Source of the DNA: Syntrophus aciditrophicus
GTDB lineage: Bacteria > Desulfobacterota > Syntrophia > Syntrophales > UBA8958
Assembly: GCA_020718905.1 (NCBI GenBank)
Contig: DYRD01000003.1
Span: 1-63,571 of the forward strand
DNA: 63,571 nucleotides
Reading direction: 5' to 3'
Numbering within the stretch: position 1 is the first letter of the stretch; every line of letters starts with the position of its first letter. Below are positions 1 to 11,481 of the stretch, piece by piece. The notes beneath the pieces were generated by a model. The model saw only the letters and a program-made list of their open reading frames with translations. It did no database searches and had not been told where the DNA came from. The translations under genes were made by a program, and so were the position numbers.

Positions 1-1
1 A

Positions 2-352
2 TTATAGAACAATCCTCCCACTTATGCACCTGTCCAGTTTTGCCATACCCGCTCCGCCGCTGCCGGCGGTCATCCATTGGACATCTCCGGGGGCAATGAC
101 GCCTGTGTTTCCCAGTGAGTCTCCATGCTCGACCCTTCCCTGCAGGACGTAGGTGATGGTCTCGATGCCTCGATGCGGATGCCAGGGGAACCCCTTTAGA
201 TAATATCTTGAATCGGTTGAGCGGAAATCATCGAGAAGGAGGAACGGATCATATGTGGTCGCCGCCGCGAATGCCCGCTTCAAATGGACGCCAGCTCCTT
301 CAATCGTGGGGGTGCTCTTGATAATTTCAAGGATTTTCCTGTTCTTTTCCAT
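2..352 (-). CDS. pirin family protein (3' end runs off the window edge)
   Basis: Cupin/pirin motif WHPHRGIETITYVLQG. ATG at 350-352 has AAGGAGG 6 nt upstream. ORF is open to the window edge. Confidence 0.85.
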   Translation of the reverse strand: MEKNRKILEIIKSTPTIEGAGVHLKRAFAAATTYDPFLLLDDFRSTDSRYYLKGFPWHPHRGIETITYVLQGRVEHGDSLGNTGVIAPGDVQWMTAGSGGAGMAKLDRCISGRIVL

Positions 353-427
353 AGCGATCCTCCTTAATCCTTTTCCCTCCAATGCCCTTCCTCCGGCAAC
401 GAGCCGAAGACTTACATATTTATAGAA

Positions 428-1027
428 TTATAAAACAGGCGCCGCCCAAGGACCTTCGAAAACCGTTTCCTGGAGTTTTCTTCTATCGTTCGGTGCTTCC
501 CGCTCCCGGAGGTAATCGGGCAGGGCGTCCTTATTGCCCGGCAGCCCTATGGCTGCCATGGCCTCAACGGTGAAACCATCGGGAATGTTCAGGGAAGAAC
601 GGGCAAGCTCATAATCGAAGCCCTGCATGCCGTGGACGACGTATCCCTTGAGGCTCCCCTGGAGAGCCAGGTTCTCCCAGGCCGCACCGGCATCATAGGA
701 GTGGGTCCGCGAAGGCTTGCCGCTGTCAAAGGTATTTTTTGAAACCATGACGAGGAGCGCCGCAGCCTGCCCGGCCCAGATCTGATTTGAATCGGCAAGA
801 AGATTAAAGAACAGGGGCCAGTGTTCCGTATTGCGCCTCGCGTACAGGATGCGTAACGGTTGATTGTTGTTGGATGAAGGCGCCCATCTTGCCGCCTCAA
901 AGAGGGACATAAGGTCCGCTTCAGGAATTTCCCCGCCCGACATGGCTCGCGGCGACCAGCGATCGAGAAAGATGTTGTCAATCGGGTGGTCTGCTTTCCG
1001 TATCTTGCTTCCTTTGATCATAGGCAT
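428..1027 (-). CDS. nitroreductase family protein
   Basis: 199-aa ORF with nitroreductase-like N-terminal RWSPRAM...APSSNNNQP and typical size. ATG at 1025-1027 with a GAGGA-type RBS. Confidence 0.8.
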   Translation of the reverse strand: MPMIKGSKIRKADHPIDNIFLDRWSPRAMSGGEIPEADLMSLFEAARWAPSSNNNQPLRILYARRNTEHWPLFFNLLADSNQIWAGQAAALLVMVSKNTFDSGKPSRTHSYDAGAAWENLALQGSLKGYVVHGMQGFDYELARSSLNIPDGFTVEAMAAIGLPGNKDALPDYLREREAPNDRRKLQETVFEGPWAAPVL

Positions 1028-1208
1028 GGTTTTATCCTCATTGATTTATGATAAATTTTGTCCACGACGGGGGAGATTTCCCCCCTCGTGATATTCCTTT
1101 CCCACCCTTTTATATGTATAAATATTGGGTCTAAATCGCTTTTCTGTCAATTACTTATCTTTGGCGGGATTTTGCGGGGGCAGTATCTTTACGGAACGGC
1201 AAAACAAA

Positions 1209-1241
1209 GCCCCCCTGACGAACCGGTTTCGTCAGGGGGGC
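1209..1241 (-). terminator. intrinsic terminator hairpin downstream of the 1325..1600 gene
   Basis: Perfect 14-bp stem GCCCCCCTGACGAA/TTCGTCAGGGGGGC with a 5-nt loop. It is followed by TTTGTTTTG on the minus strand and TTTTC on the plus strand. Confidence 0.75.
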
Positions 1242-1324
1242 TTTTCAAGAGAAACGGATCAGGTATTTTATGGGCAGTCTTTTTTATGCAACTTTCCCGA
1301 TCCGGGTCCGAGATGTCTTTGTTC

Positions 1325-1600
1325 TCAGCCGACCATATTCTTGATCGCCGCAATGACCGGATTGGTGAACAGGGCAATCAGGACGGTATAGAGGGCGAAG
1401 ACCCCGGCGACCTCACCCGGATACATCTTCTCATACTTGTGTTTCAGGGAGATGATCACCATCCCGCCGATAATGAGGCAACCGAGCTGGAAATAGGGGA
1501 AGTTGGCCACCCCGGCCGCTGCGTATTCCGCCAAAGCGAAAGTTCCCGTCAAAAGAACTACCACCATTGCCGCTACCATCGTTCCTAATGTCTTTTTCAT
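1325..1600 (-). CDS. small hydrophobic membrane protein, unknown function
   Basis: 91-aa ORF with 2-3 predicted TM stretches. Strong RBS GAGGAGG lies 7 nt before the ATG, and a terminator follows. Confidence 0.7.
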   Translation of the reverse strand: MKKTLGTMVAAMVVVLLTGTFALAEYAAAGVANFPYFQLGCLIIGGMVIISLKHKYEKMYPGEVAGVFALYTVLIALFTNPVIAAIKNMVG

Positions 1601-1955
1601 GATCTGTGTCCTCCTCTTTTGTTTTTATTTATTTGTTTTATTGCCTTCGTTTGACTTGTCTTAATGAAAGATGTGTGCCAACTTGAAATTATAGAAATAA
1701 TAAATTTTAACTATTCGATTGTAAAGGTAAAAGTATTTTTATCAGCCATGGAAGAGGCAGTAGGAGGGCTTATTTATCCACGCCTTTTGAAAGAATCTTT
1801 CAATGGGTTGAACGAAACGCCGGCGTCATGTTTGAGGATCGGGAAATCCACAATTGACAGATATCACCGGAAGCTGTATTTTTATATCATCATCCTCAAG
1901 TCAACAATCGATGCAAAGGATAATATACGCTTGAAGGTCCTAAGGAGTCCATATT

Positions 1956-2780
1956 ATGAGCATTACAGCGGAGACAATCATGGGAATGTCCGGGGCCTAC
2001 TGGAAGAGCTGCGCTCTCCAGGCCGCGGTGGAACTGGAGGTCTTTACCGTGCTCGGCCGAGAGGTCTTGACGGCGGAAGAGATAGGCCGGATCATCGGCG
2101 GCAGTACCCGGGGCGTACCCATGCTGTTGAACGCCCTCACGGCCATGGGCCTCCTGCGGCGGGACGGCCGCGGCTACGCCAATACCGAGGAAGGCATCAC
2201 CCTTCTATCCGGAGAATCGCCCCGCTATATCGGCCATCTCATCCTGCATCACCATAACCTCATGGAGTCGTGGAGCCGTTTGGCCGCAGCCGTAAAAACA
2301 GGGCGGCCCCAACGGATCTCGGCGGCGCTGGATAATGAAACGGTCAGGAATAACTTCCTCAGGGGGATGTTCACCATCGCCAACATCCTGGGGCCCCGGG
2401 TGGCCGAGGAGGTAGACCTGTCCGGCCGAAATCGCCTTCTCGATCTGGGGTGAGGGGCCGGAGGTCTGTCGGGCCATAATCGTCAAGGCGGCCCGCGGGA
2501 GGGTTCCGGGACATCAGGCGTCTGCCCTTCCGCTCGCGGACCGATTCGGGAATCCTGACCGGCACCCTTTAGTAACCAAATCAGCAGGATGGTGGACCTT
2601 CCCATCTTTCACCATATTGCAAAATGGACATGTTCACAGAAAGCCGGAAGATCTCCGGCATGTCATTTCGCCCCCGCCCGGGCAAGGTCATGATGAAAAA
2701 TTCCTCAATCCTTGGGGATTTATTCACCTTTCCTTGCCGGGTCATCTATGGCAACCTCGATGGGACATGAACCGATTAAG
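1956..2780 (+). pseudogene. SAM-dependent O-methyltransferase relic (dimerisation domain intact, catalytic domain decayed)
   Basis: ORF 1956..2453 has a winged-helix dimerisation-like N-terminus and stops at ...RLLDLG-TGA. Read through, it gives GAGGLS, so the TGA sits inside SAM motif I (LDLGGGxG). Downstream similarity (AIIVKAARG..., GDLFTFP...) appears only by hopping frames. Confidence 0.55.
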
Positions 2781-2831
2781 CATTTGTTTTCGGCAAGTTG
2801 ACACATATGGCATCGGGAACAAATACCATCG

Positions 2832-2847
2832 TGGCGTAATATTTGCA
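2832..2847 (+). promoter_or_regulatory. sigma54 (-24/-12) promoter candidate
   Basis: TGGCGT-aatat-TTGCA with canonical GG-to-GC spacing of 12 nt. It lies 35 nt upstream of the GTG at 2882. Confidence 0.5.
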
Positions 2848-2881
2848 TGACTCTGAGGCTAAATATTTATGGGAGGTCAGG

Positions 2882-3298
2882 GTGAAGAGTTGGCTGGCGA
2901 TGTTCTTTTGTGTAGTTTTCCTTTGCACAGCACTCTCCTTCGCAGTCGAGCAACCCGATCCCGATGCGGGGAAATCAACTACGGTGAAAACCGTTCCGAT
3001 AAAACCCGCCCCCCCAAAGACGCTTCCCCGGGAAACGCGCATGCGGGCCACCGGGAAGATCATTGAGCTCTCACCTGCGGCGCTTAGGATTGAACGGAAT
3101 GTCAAAGGCACTGTAGAAACAATGTATTTTCCCCTGGTCAAGCCCCCGGATAAGATAAAGGTAGGCGATGAAGTGGGAGTGAGCTATATCGCTAAGGATA
3201 ATCAGAACATCGCCAAGCGGATCAGCAAAGTGACGAAGAAAAAAGTCACTCCCCTCAACGGCGCAAAGACTGCCGTCGCAGCGCCTCCGGTCAAGTAA
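2882..3298 (+). CDS. small exported protein, unknown function
   Basis: GTG at 2882 is preceded by GGGAGG. Signal-peptide-like N-terminus VKSWLAMFFCVVFLCTALSFA. The longest ORF version starts at 2843. Confidence 0.55.
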   Translation: MKSWLAMFFCVVFLCTALSFAVEQPDPDAGKSTTVKTVPIKPAPPKTLPRETRMRATGKIIELSPAALRIERNVKGTVETMYFPLVKPPDKIKVGDEVGVSYIAKDNQNIAKRISKVTKKKVTPLNGAKTAVAAPPVK

Positions 3299-3466
3299 TT
3301 CCCGTTCCGAAAAAAAGTACCCGCACTAAAACCCATCCCCACCCCGTCCCTCCCCTTGAAGGAGAGGGAGGTTACAGCTTCTCGGGGAAAATAATTCTTG
3401 CGGCGCCCAATGGCTGTGCTAAGGGTTTGTTATGTTTATTTCGCGACAGACCCTGGGGTGCTTGCC

Positions 3467-4978
3467 ATGACTATTCGTACCCGTCTGATGCTTGTTACCG
3501 TCCTGGCCATTGCCATGACCATGGCTGCCTGGGGATGGGTGCAACTACAGGTCTTCGACAATATCCTTGTCGAACAGCAGGCCCGGCGTCTTGATGAGCT
3601 TGCCGATACCGTAGGCACCTATTACGAGTATTTTCCGACCCGCCGCGGTCTGTCCGCCCTGGACATGACCCTGAAAGACCATGTCCAGACCGATGCCAGC
3701 CTGGCGCGCATCGATCTTTTCGCCGTCGAAAAGGGAACGGTCGAATTTGTCGCCGGGGCAGGTCGCATCGCCTACGAATGGCCGGAAAACACGGTCGCCG
3801 CAGCCATCGAAACGATGAAACCACAGTATGTGAGCATCAACACCGAGATCGGCCCCGCCCTGGGGCTGCTCTATCCCGATGTTTCCGAGCAGGACAAGAG
3901 CATCCATGTGGTGGGTATTATCAGCTTCTCCCAAACACGGACGGAAATCCTGGGCCGGGCGAAGATACTGCTTCTCTACAGCAGCGTCGGCCTGTTGCTC
4001 ATTATTTTTATCGTCCTGTTTGTCAGTTACGACTGGCTGATCGGACGATCGCTCCGGACCATCATTAAAACAATCGACGAATTTCAGGAAGGGAAATACA
4101 AGCATCGCATCCATCTCAAAAGGCAGGACGAGCTGGGACATTTGGCGGCCCATTTCGATGATATGGCCGGGGAAATCGAACAGGTGCTGGCGCACAACCT
4201 GGAATTGACGGAACATCTGGAAAATCGCGTTCAGGAAGAGACCCTCAAGGTCGTCCAGTTACAGAACCAGGTCAATCAACTTCAGCAACTCACCGCTATG
4301 GGCTATCTGACGGCCACCCTCGCTCACGATTTGGGGACGCCTCTCCATTCCATAGCCGGCCTGGCCAGACTCCTCCTCGAAATAGAACATTGGCCTGCCG
4401 ATGTCAACCGCAAACTGGAACTCATTGTTCAGCAAACACAGCGGCTCCACACGGTTATTCAGAACATTCGGCGGGTGACCAGGCCGCCGGAGCCTCACTT
4501 CGAGGCCATAACGGTAGATGACCTGCTGAGCGAAACCCTGCCCCTCGTAGAACCCATGATCCAGAACATGAGCATCGACATTCAGGTGCAGGTACCTTCG
4601 GATCTTCCCCGCCTCCATGTCGACCGCTACCGGATTCAGACCGCCTTGCTGAACCTCATCCAAAATGCCACCGAAGCCCTTTCCGGAAAAGATAAAGGCG
4701 TCATTACCGTCTTTGCCGTTTTGGATGCAGCTAGTCAGCACGTCGCCATTTCTATCGGGGATAATGGACCGGGGATCCCTGCGGATCTTATGGCCAGAAT
4801 CTATGAGCCTTTCTTCACAACCCACACCGATGAGGGATTGAGAGGTTTGGGATTGGCAATTGTCCAGGATATCATCAAGATTCATTCCGGACATATGGAG
4901 ATCGACGGAAAACCGGGAGCAGGAACCACGGTCAGCCTTTACCTGCCGGTGCATGAGCAGGCAACGGGAAGGCAATAG
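3467..4978 (+). CDS. HAMP-domain sensor histidine kinase
   Basis: Two TM segments flank a periplasmic domain. HAMP region (..EFQEGKYKHRIHLKRQDELGHLAAHFDDMAGEI). H-box ATLAHDLGTPLHSI. ATPase boxes NLIQNA, GDNGPGIP, GLGLAIV. Alternative upstream starts at 3398/3410. Confidence 0.9.
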   Translation: MTIRTRLMLVTVLAIAMTMAAWGWVQLQVFDNILVEQQARRLDELADTVGTYYEYFPTRRGLSALDMTLKDHVQTDASLARIDLFAVEKGTVEFVAGAGRIAYEWPENTVAAAIETMKPQYVSINTEIGPALGLLYPDVSEQDKSIHVVGIISFSQTRTEILGRAKILLLYSSVGLLLIIFIVLFVSYDWLIGRSLRTIIKTIDEFQEGKYKHRIHLKRQDELGHLAAHFDDMAGEIEQVLAHNLELTEHLENRVQEETLKVVQLQNQVNQLQQLTAMGYLTATLAHDLGTPLHSIAGLARLLLEIEHWPADVNRKLELIVQQTQRLHTVIQNIRRVTRPPEPHFEAITVDDLLSETLPLVEPMIQNMSIDIQVQVPSDLPRLHVDRYRIQTALLNLIQNATEALSGKDKGVITVFAVLDAASQHVAISIGDNGPGIPADLMARIYEPFFTTHTDEGLRGLGLAIVQDIIKIHSGHMEIDGKPGAGTTVSLYLPVHEQATGRQ

Positions 4979-5002
4979 GCAGCAGAAAGATGGGGATGGG
5001 AC

Positions 5003-6340
5003 TCAAGGAGTAAATTCCGACCCCGCCCCTTTAAATAACCCGTAACGCTGAATTTTCGTACGCAGGGTTTTACGATCGATGCCCAGGGCCTGGGCAGCGC
5101 GGGTCTGATTCCAGATGACATCTTTCAGGCACTGGAGAACCTGGTCCCGTTCCGCCTCCTCCAAGGGAGAAAGATCAGTCTTTTCTCTTTCTTTTTTCTT
5201 CTGAAACCGGACCGGCAGATACTCCGGAAGTATCAGTCCATAGGGAGACAAAAGCAGGGTCTGCTGGATGACGTTCTGCAGCTCCCGAACGTTTCCCGGC
5301 CAGTCATAGGCGAGGAAAAGCTCCATGGCCTCATCGGAAATCCGGACCGTAGAGTATCCCAGCTTCTTCAGTAGGGACTCCACGAGCTGGGGAAGATCCT
5401 CCTTATGCTCCCGCAAGGGGGGGATGTGGAGGCGCACGACGAAGCGGTAGAGGAGGTCGGACCGGAAGCTTCCTTTTTTGATTTCTTCATCGATGTCCTT
5501 GTTAGCCGCCGCCACCACCCGCACGGATACGTGGCGTACCGTATGCCCTCCGAGATGCCGCACTTCGCCATCCTGCATAAACCGGAGCAATTTTGCCTGA
5601 AGCCCCGTGGACATCTCCGTGATTTCATCGAGAAGAATGGTCCCTGCCTGGGCGGATTCGAGCAGACCCTGATGGGCGTGATCAGCGCCGGTGAAGGCCC
5701 CCCTCTCGTATCCGAATAATTCCGATTCCAAAAGGGTGTCGGGAATGGCACCGCAGTGAACAACCACAAAAGATTTGTCCCGACGGATACTTAACTGATG
5801 AAGGGAGCGGGCGGTGAGCTCTTTGCCCGTGCCGCTCTCCCCTTCGATGAGGACACTGGCCTCGGCATCGGCCACGCGCGCCACCTGCTTGTAAAAGTCC
5901 ACCATCGTCGCCGAAGAGCCGATAAACTGGTGATCCTCCTTGACCTTGTGGGCTCCCCGGCCGCGCCGCTGGCGCAACTCCCTCACATCGAGAACCTTCT
6001 TTACCATCCCCCGAATTGCCTCGGGAGAGAAGGGCTTACTGATATAATCCCAGGCCCCGAGACGCAACGCATCCATCGTTGTCTCCAGGGAGCCGTAAGC
6101 CGTCATCAGGATCACTGGCAGATCGGGACATTTCTCATGAACCCGCTTGAGAAACTCCAGGCCGTCCATCCCCGGCATCCGGATGTCCGACATCAGGAGA
6201 TCAAAGCGGGCAAGATCTTCGGCAAGAGCGGCCTTTGCCGAGGTATAGTACTGAACCTCATACCCCTCCCTGATCAGGGCCTCCTGGAGAAACTCACAGG
6301 CGACCTCGTCATCATCAATGACTAGAATGTGGATACTCAT
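5003..6340 (-). CDS. sigma54-dependent Fis-family response regulator (NtrC type)
   Basis: Receiver domain (ILVIDDDEV...SDIRMPGMDG), AAA+ domain (GESGTGKE, GAFTGA loop, ELFGY) and a C-terminal Fis-type HTH. Confidence 0.95.
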   Translation of the reverse strand: MSIHILVIDDDEVACEFLQEALIREGYEVQYYTSAKAALAEDLARFDLLMSDIRMPGMDGLEFLKRVHEKCPDLPVILMTAYGSLETTMDALRLGAWDYISKPFSPEAIRGMVKKVLDVRELRQRRGRGAHKVKEDHQFIGSSATMVDFYKQVARVADAEASVLIEGESGTGKELTARSLHQLSIRRDKSFVVVHCGAIPDTLLESELFGYERGAFTGADHAHQGLLESAQAGTILLDEITEMSTGLQAKLLRFMQDGEVRHLGGHTVRHVSVRVVAAANKDIDEEIKKGSFRSDLLYRFVVRLHIPPLREHKEDLPQLVESLLKKLGYSTVRISDEAMELFLAYDWPGNVRELQNVIQQTLLLSPYGLILPEYLPVRFQKKKEREKTDLSPLEEAERDQVLQCLKDVIWNQTRAAQALGIDRKTLRTKIQRYGLFKGAGSEFTP

Positions 6341-6346
6341 GCTTTG

Positions 6347-7311
<965 letters not shown>

Positions 7312-7874
7312 TTAATTATCATCAATGCGGTTCTTGTGCGCCGTCATCAGCTCACAACGAACCTGAAGAATCTGATGGAGGCGGGTGTTTTCAATGGCGA
7401 TGGCGCTTAGATCGGCCACGGCCTGGAGAAACTGAAGTTCCTTCTCATTGAACTCCCGGACCTTGTCGCTATAGACCCGCAGCACCCCAATCGCCTTCTT
7501 TTCGACCATGAGGGGCACAACGAGGACCGATTTGATGCCCTCTGCCTTTGCCTTTTCCCCGTACTGAAAACATTTGTCGGTCTGGGCGTCTTCAAGGTAA
7601 ATCGTCTTGCCCTTCAGCGCCTTTTTGTCGATGCCGCTCTCCTCGATCAGGATCGGCCCCTTGTGCAGGTAAGCCTCGGAAAGACCGCATGCCCCCCTAA
7701 GATAAGTTTCTTTTCACGATCGTCGAGAAGACGGATGCTTGCGGCCTTGACGTCCATGGCCTTCGCTGCGCACTGGACGATTTTCTCCAGGACCCGGGCC
7801 GGTTCAAGGGAGGCATTGATCACCCTGGCCACATCATAAAGGGCGGTAAAATAATCGATCTCCTTTTTTCTCAT
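7312..7874 (-). pseudogene. stand-alone GAF-domain protein, frameshifted in a homopolymer
   Basis: The N-terminal part (7647..7874) and C-terminal part (7312..7518) are joined by a third-frame segment ACGLSEAYLHKGPILIEE... The shift occurs in the C6 run at 7692-7697, and a 7th base restores one 187-aa GAF protein. RBS GGAGGAGG precedes the ATG at 7874. Confidence 0.8.
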
Positions 7875-7919
7875 ACTCCACACCTCCTCCAAGTCGTTCC
7901 TTTCCCTTTAATCTTTTTT

Positions 7920-8611
7920 TTATGATGACAATGATTTGTTATTCAGAAAACGCCAATTGCCGCGGAGGGTTTCATAAGCGAGAGCCTCCCCTAGCACCTG
8001 GAGGAAGTCTTCCCTGGACATCATTTCCGCCCCCAGGCGGCGCAGGTGGTCCGTGTAGACCTGGCAGTCAAGCAGTCGAAAATCATATCGCCCCAGGGTT
8101 TCAACGAGAGTAATGAGCGCCGCCTTCGAGGCGTTAGGGACCTGCGTAAACATGGATTCCCCGAAAAAACACTTCCCCAGGGAAACGCCATAGAGTCCCC
8201 CCACCAAGGTTTTCTCCCGCCAGGACTCCACGGAATGGGCCAAACCCAGTTCATGGAGACGGATATAAGCGGCCATCATCGCGGCAGTGATCCACGTCCC
8301 CTCCGCGTTTCCTGGCAGGCGGCGATCACCTCCCGGAAAGATGTATCGAAGGTCACCGTAAAGAGGTTCTTTTTCAGCAGCCCCCGCATCGAGCGGGATA
8401 TTTTCAGCCGGTCGGGAAAAAGGACAAAGCGGGGGTCCGGCGACCACCAGAGAATGGGTTCCCCCTCGTTATACCAGGGGAAGATCCCATTGCGGTAAGC
8501 CAGAATCAGTCGCTCCGGGGCCAGGTCGCCGCCGACGGCGAGGAGCCCCCCCTCAGAAGCGAGGCGGGGCGGGGGAAAAACGATCTCTTCAGTGAGCCGG
8601 AATATGGGCAT
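7920..8611 (-). pseudogene. aat: leucyl/phenylalanyl-tRNA--protein transferase, frameshifted
   Basis: N-terminal [28 protein letters not shown] and C-terminal [30 protein letters not shown] lie in different frames. A 1-nt shift near 8301-8307 restores the gene. Conserved clpS-clpA-aat context. Confidence 0.85.
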
Positions 8612-10847
8612 CGAGGACATTGAGAACGATTTCATCATTCTCCACATCGGCGCGAACGGGTCCACCCGTGACCAGCCTTCCGAAAAGGACTTCATCGACA
8701 AAGAAATTCTTTATCTTTTCCTGGATAAGACGGGAAATCTGACGGGCCCCCAAGTCGTCGGAATAGCCCTTGTCCGCTACCCAGTCAATCGCCACCTCGG
8801 TCATATCGAGGGTAATGTCCTTTTCGTCCAACTGTTTCTGGAATTCCCGGAGCTGCTTTTTCACAATGTTGACCACATCGTCCCTGGTCAGGCCGTTAAA
8901 GGTCACTATGGCATCGAGGCGGTTACGGAATTCCGGCGTAAAGATCTTCTTGAGCGCTTCCGTCACCGCCTGGCGGCTTATCCGGCGCTCGCCAAACCCG
9001 ATTTCCACCCGACCAATGTTCCGGGCGCCGGCATTGGAGGTCATGATGATGATGACATTACGAAAATCCGCCTTCCGGCCGTTGTTGTCCGTCAGGGTTG
9101 CATAATCCATCACCTGGAGCAGCGTGTTGAAGATGTCGGGATGGGCCTTCTCGATCTCATCGAGGAGCAACACGGCATGGGGCGATTTCCGGATGGTCTC
9201 GGTGAGGAGCCCTCCCTCTTCAAATCCCACATATCCGGGCGGGGCACCGACGAGACGGGAAACGGTATGCTTCTCCTGATACTCCGACATGTCATAACGA
9301 TGCAGGGGAATCCCCATGGATAGGGACAATTGCCTGGCCAACTCGGTTTTACCGACTCCCGTCGGGCCGGCAAACAGCAGTGAGGCAACGGGTTTGTTGT
9401 TGTCCCCAAAACCCGCCCGGGAGCGGCGGATGGCCCGGACAACCATATCAATGGCCTGATCCTGTCCAAATATATGCGTCTTCAGATCCAGATCGAGGAA
9501 GCGAAGCTGGGTGCTTTCCGATGAAGAAACGGATTTCTCCGGAATCCGTGCCATCCGTGCCACAATCCTTTCCATATCCGCCGGTGTGATCGTAACGGTC
9601 CCCTCCTGATCTTCCCGATACAAGCGGGTCTTGGCGCCGGCCTCATCCATGACGTCGATGGCCTTGTCGGGCAGATAACGCTCGTTGATATGACGGATCG
9701 AGAGTTCCACGGCGGCCCGCAGGGCTTCATTCGTGTAAGAGACCTGATGGTAGGACTCGTAGCGGTCTTTCAAACCCGCAAGGATGGTGACCGTGTCCTC
9801 CACGGACGGCTCGGAAATATCGATAGACTGGAAGCGGCGGGACAGGGCCCGGTCCTTTTCCATACATTTCCGGTATTCATCGTAAGTGGTGGCGCCGATG
9901 CATTTCATCTTCCCGGAAGTCAGGGCCGGTTTCAGGATGTTAGAGGCGTCCATTGCCCCCCCCGAAGCGGCGCCGGCGCCGACGATAGTGTGTATTTCGT
10001 CAATGAAAAGAACTACATTCTGAATCTTCTGGAGCTCGGTGATCACCTTTTTCAACCGTTCCTCAAAATCCCCTCGGTAACGCGTTCCCGCGAGCAGGGC
10101 CCCCATGTCGAGGGAATAGATCTTGGCGCCTCTCAGGGGTTTGGGAACCTGATCCCGGGCGATCAACTGGGCCAGTCCTTCAGTGATGGCCGTCTTGCCC
10201 ACCCCCGCCTCCCCCACATGGACGGGGTTATTCTTATAGCGCCGGCAGAGGACCTGCATGGTCCTTTCAATGACGTCTTCCCGGCCGATGAGGGGGTCCA
10301 GTTCTCCTGCCCTGGCCTTCTGCACCAGCTCCGTCGTAAAGGTGGTGAGCACCTTGTTTTCCTTCTCTCCCGGAGCCGTTCTTTTATCTTCTTCCGCCGT
10401 CCCCGGCTTCTCCCGAGGCACCGCGGCAATACCGTGGGAAACGTAATTCAGGAGATTGATTCTCGTAATGCTCTCCCGATGAAGAAAAAAGGCGGCATAA
10501 GATTCCCGTTCATCATAGATGGAGATGAGGATATCGCCGATATCAAGCTCTCCTTTCTGGGCCGAGGTCGTATGCCAGACCGCCCGCTCAATGACATTCT
10601 GAAAACTGGCGCTCTGTACGGGGTCTGTCTCCTTTTTCATTTTCATCATTTTGGTGGTAAAAAAATCTTCCAGACGCAGCTGTAGATTTTTGACGTCCCC
10701 CCCGCAGGCACGGATAATATCGCCAGAAGATTCAAAAAACAGGGCGGCAAAAAGGATATGCTCGGGAGTCAGGTATTCGTGGGACCTGAGCTTAGCCTCC
10801 GTATAGGCCGCTCTGAATATGGAATCAAGTTCTTCGTTGATTTTCAT
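8589..10847 (-). CDS. clpA: ATP-dependent Clp protease ATP-binding subunit ClpA
   Basis: 752 aa with a Clp N-domain, two AAA+ modules with Walker A GEAGVGKT and GPTGVGKT, and an adjacent clpS. Confidence 0.97.
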   Translation of the reverse strand: MKINEELDSIFRAAYTEAKLRSHEYLTPEHILFAALFFESSGDIIRACGGDVKNLQLRLEDFFTTKMMKMKKETDPVQSASFQNVIERAVWHTTSAQKGELDIGDILISIYDERESYAAFFLHRESITRINLLNYVSHGIAAVPREKPGTAEEDKRTAPGEKENKVLTTFTTELVQKARAGELDPLIGREDVIERTMQVLCRRYKNNPVHVGEAGVGKTAITEGLAQLIARDQVPKPLRGAKIYSLDMGALLAGTRYRGDFEERLKKVITELQKIQNVVLFIDEIHTIVGAGAASGGAMDASNILKPALTSGKMKCIGATTYDEYRKCMEKDRALSRRFQSIDISEPSVEDTVTILAGLKDRYESYHQVSYTNEALRAAVELSIRHINERYLPDKAIDVMDEAGAKTRLYREDQEGTVTITPADMERIVARMARIPEKSVSSSESTQLRFLDLDLKTHIFGQDQAIDMVVRAIRRSRAGFGDNNKPVASLLFAGPTGVGKTELARQLSLSMGIPLHRYDMSEYQEKHTVSRLVGAPPGYVGFEEGGLLTETIRKSPHAVLLLDEIEKAHPDIFNTLLQVMDYATLTDNNGRKADFRNVIIIMTSNAGARNIGRVEIGFGERRISRQAVTEALKKIFTPEFRNRLDAIVTFNGLTRDDVVNIVKKQLREFQKQLDEKDITLDMTEVAIDWVADKGYSDDLGARQISRLIQEKIKNFFVDEVLFGRLVTGGPVRADVENDEIVLNVLDAHIPAH

Positions 10848-10926
10848 TGGTTGCTCCTGGCTTTCATGCGAAACTGAAACGGGACAATGGAATGGCTCCC
10901 GACTTCAGGAAAATTTAATTCAAAAT

Positions 10927-11253
10927 TCATGCCTTTTCGTAGCTGCACCGCAAGGGAAAACCCCGGTTCTTGGCCATGGCGTGGACCCGGGTCGTCTTGG
11001 TCACCGCGATATCATATGTATAGACCCCACAGCAACCGTGACCACGGTGATGGATATCCCGCATTATTTTCGTTGCCTCCGCTGCGGGCTTTTGAAAAAC
11101 TTTCATAAGGATCTCGACGACGAAGTCCATAGCCGTATAGTGATCGTTGTGAAGGATCACCTTAAACATCGCCGGCTCATCCAGAGATACACCGGCATCC
11201 GTATCGGTCAGGCCGTCAAGGCGAGGACTTTCATTTTGAGAATCGGGGGCCAT
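10927..11253 (-). CDS. clpS: ATP-dependent Clp protease adaptor ClpS
   Basis: 108 aa with core FKVILHNDHYTAMDFVVEILMKVF, directly upstream of clpA. Confidence 0.95.
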   Translation of the reverse strand: MAPDSQNESPRLDGLTDTDAGVSLDEPAMFKVILHNDHYTAMDFVVEILMKVFQKPAAEATKIMRDIHHRGHGCCGVYTYDIAVTKTTRVHAMAKNRGFPLRCSYEKA

Positions 11254-11377
11254 GCCGCCTCCCCTTCCAAAGTCTTTGATGCTATTTTATGGATTGTTGC
11301 CAGAAATGCAAGGGGGTTTAAAAGAAAGGGGGTAATTATATTTTTTTTGCATATGATATCGAACGCATATACTTTAT

Positions 11378-11393
11378 TGGCAGCTTATTTGCA
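11378..11393 (+). promoter_or_regulatory. sigma54 (-24/-12) promoter candidate
   Basis: TGGCAG-cttat-TTGCA with correct 12-nt GG/GC register, in the clpS / flavoprotein intergenic region, 89 nt upstream of the ATG at 11482. Confidence 0.55.
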
Positions 11394-11481
11394 CCGTCGT
11401 TCTTTTCGCAAAGCTGATTTTTTCTACGCCTTCTGATATAGAGATATGGAGCATTCTATCTGCATAGGGAGGAGAAGAGGT

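Noticed and set aside
1063-1090. Imperfect GC hairpin CACGACGGGGGA-gat-TTCCCCCCTCGTG upstream of the nitroreductase gene.
   Set aside because: It contains a mismatch, has no U-tract, and no gene end lies nearby on either strand. Its function cannot be assigned, and it may simply be a second weak stem downstream of the 1209-1241 terminator.
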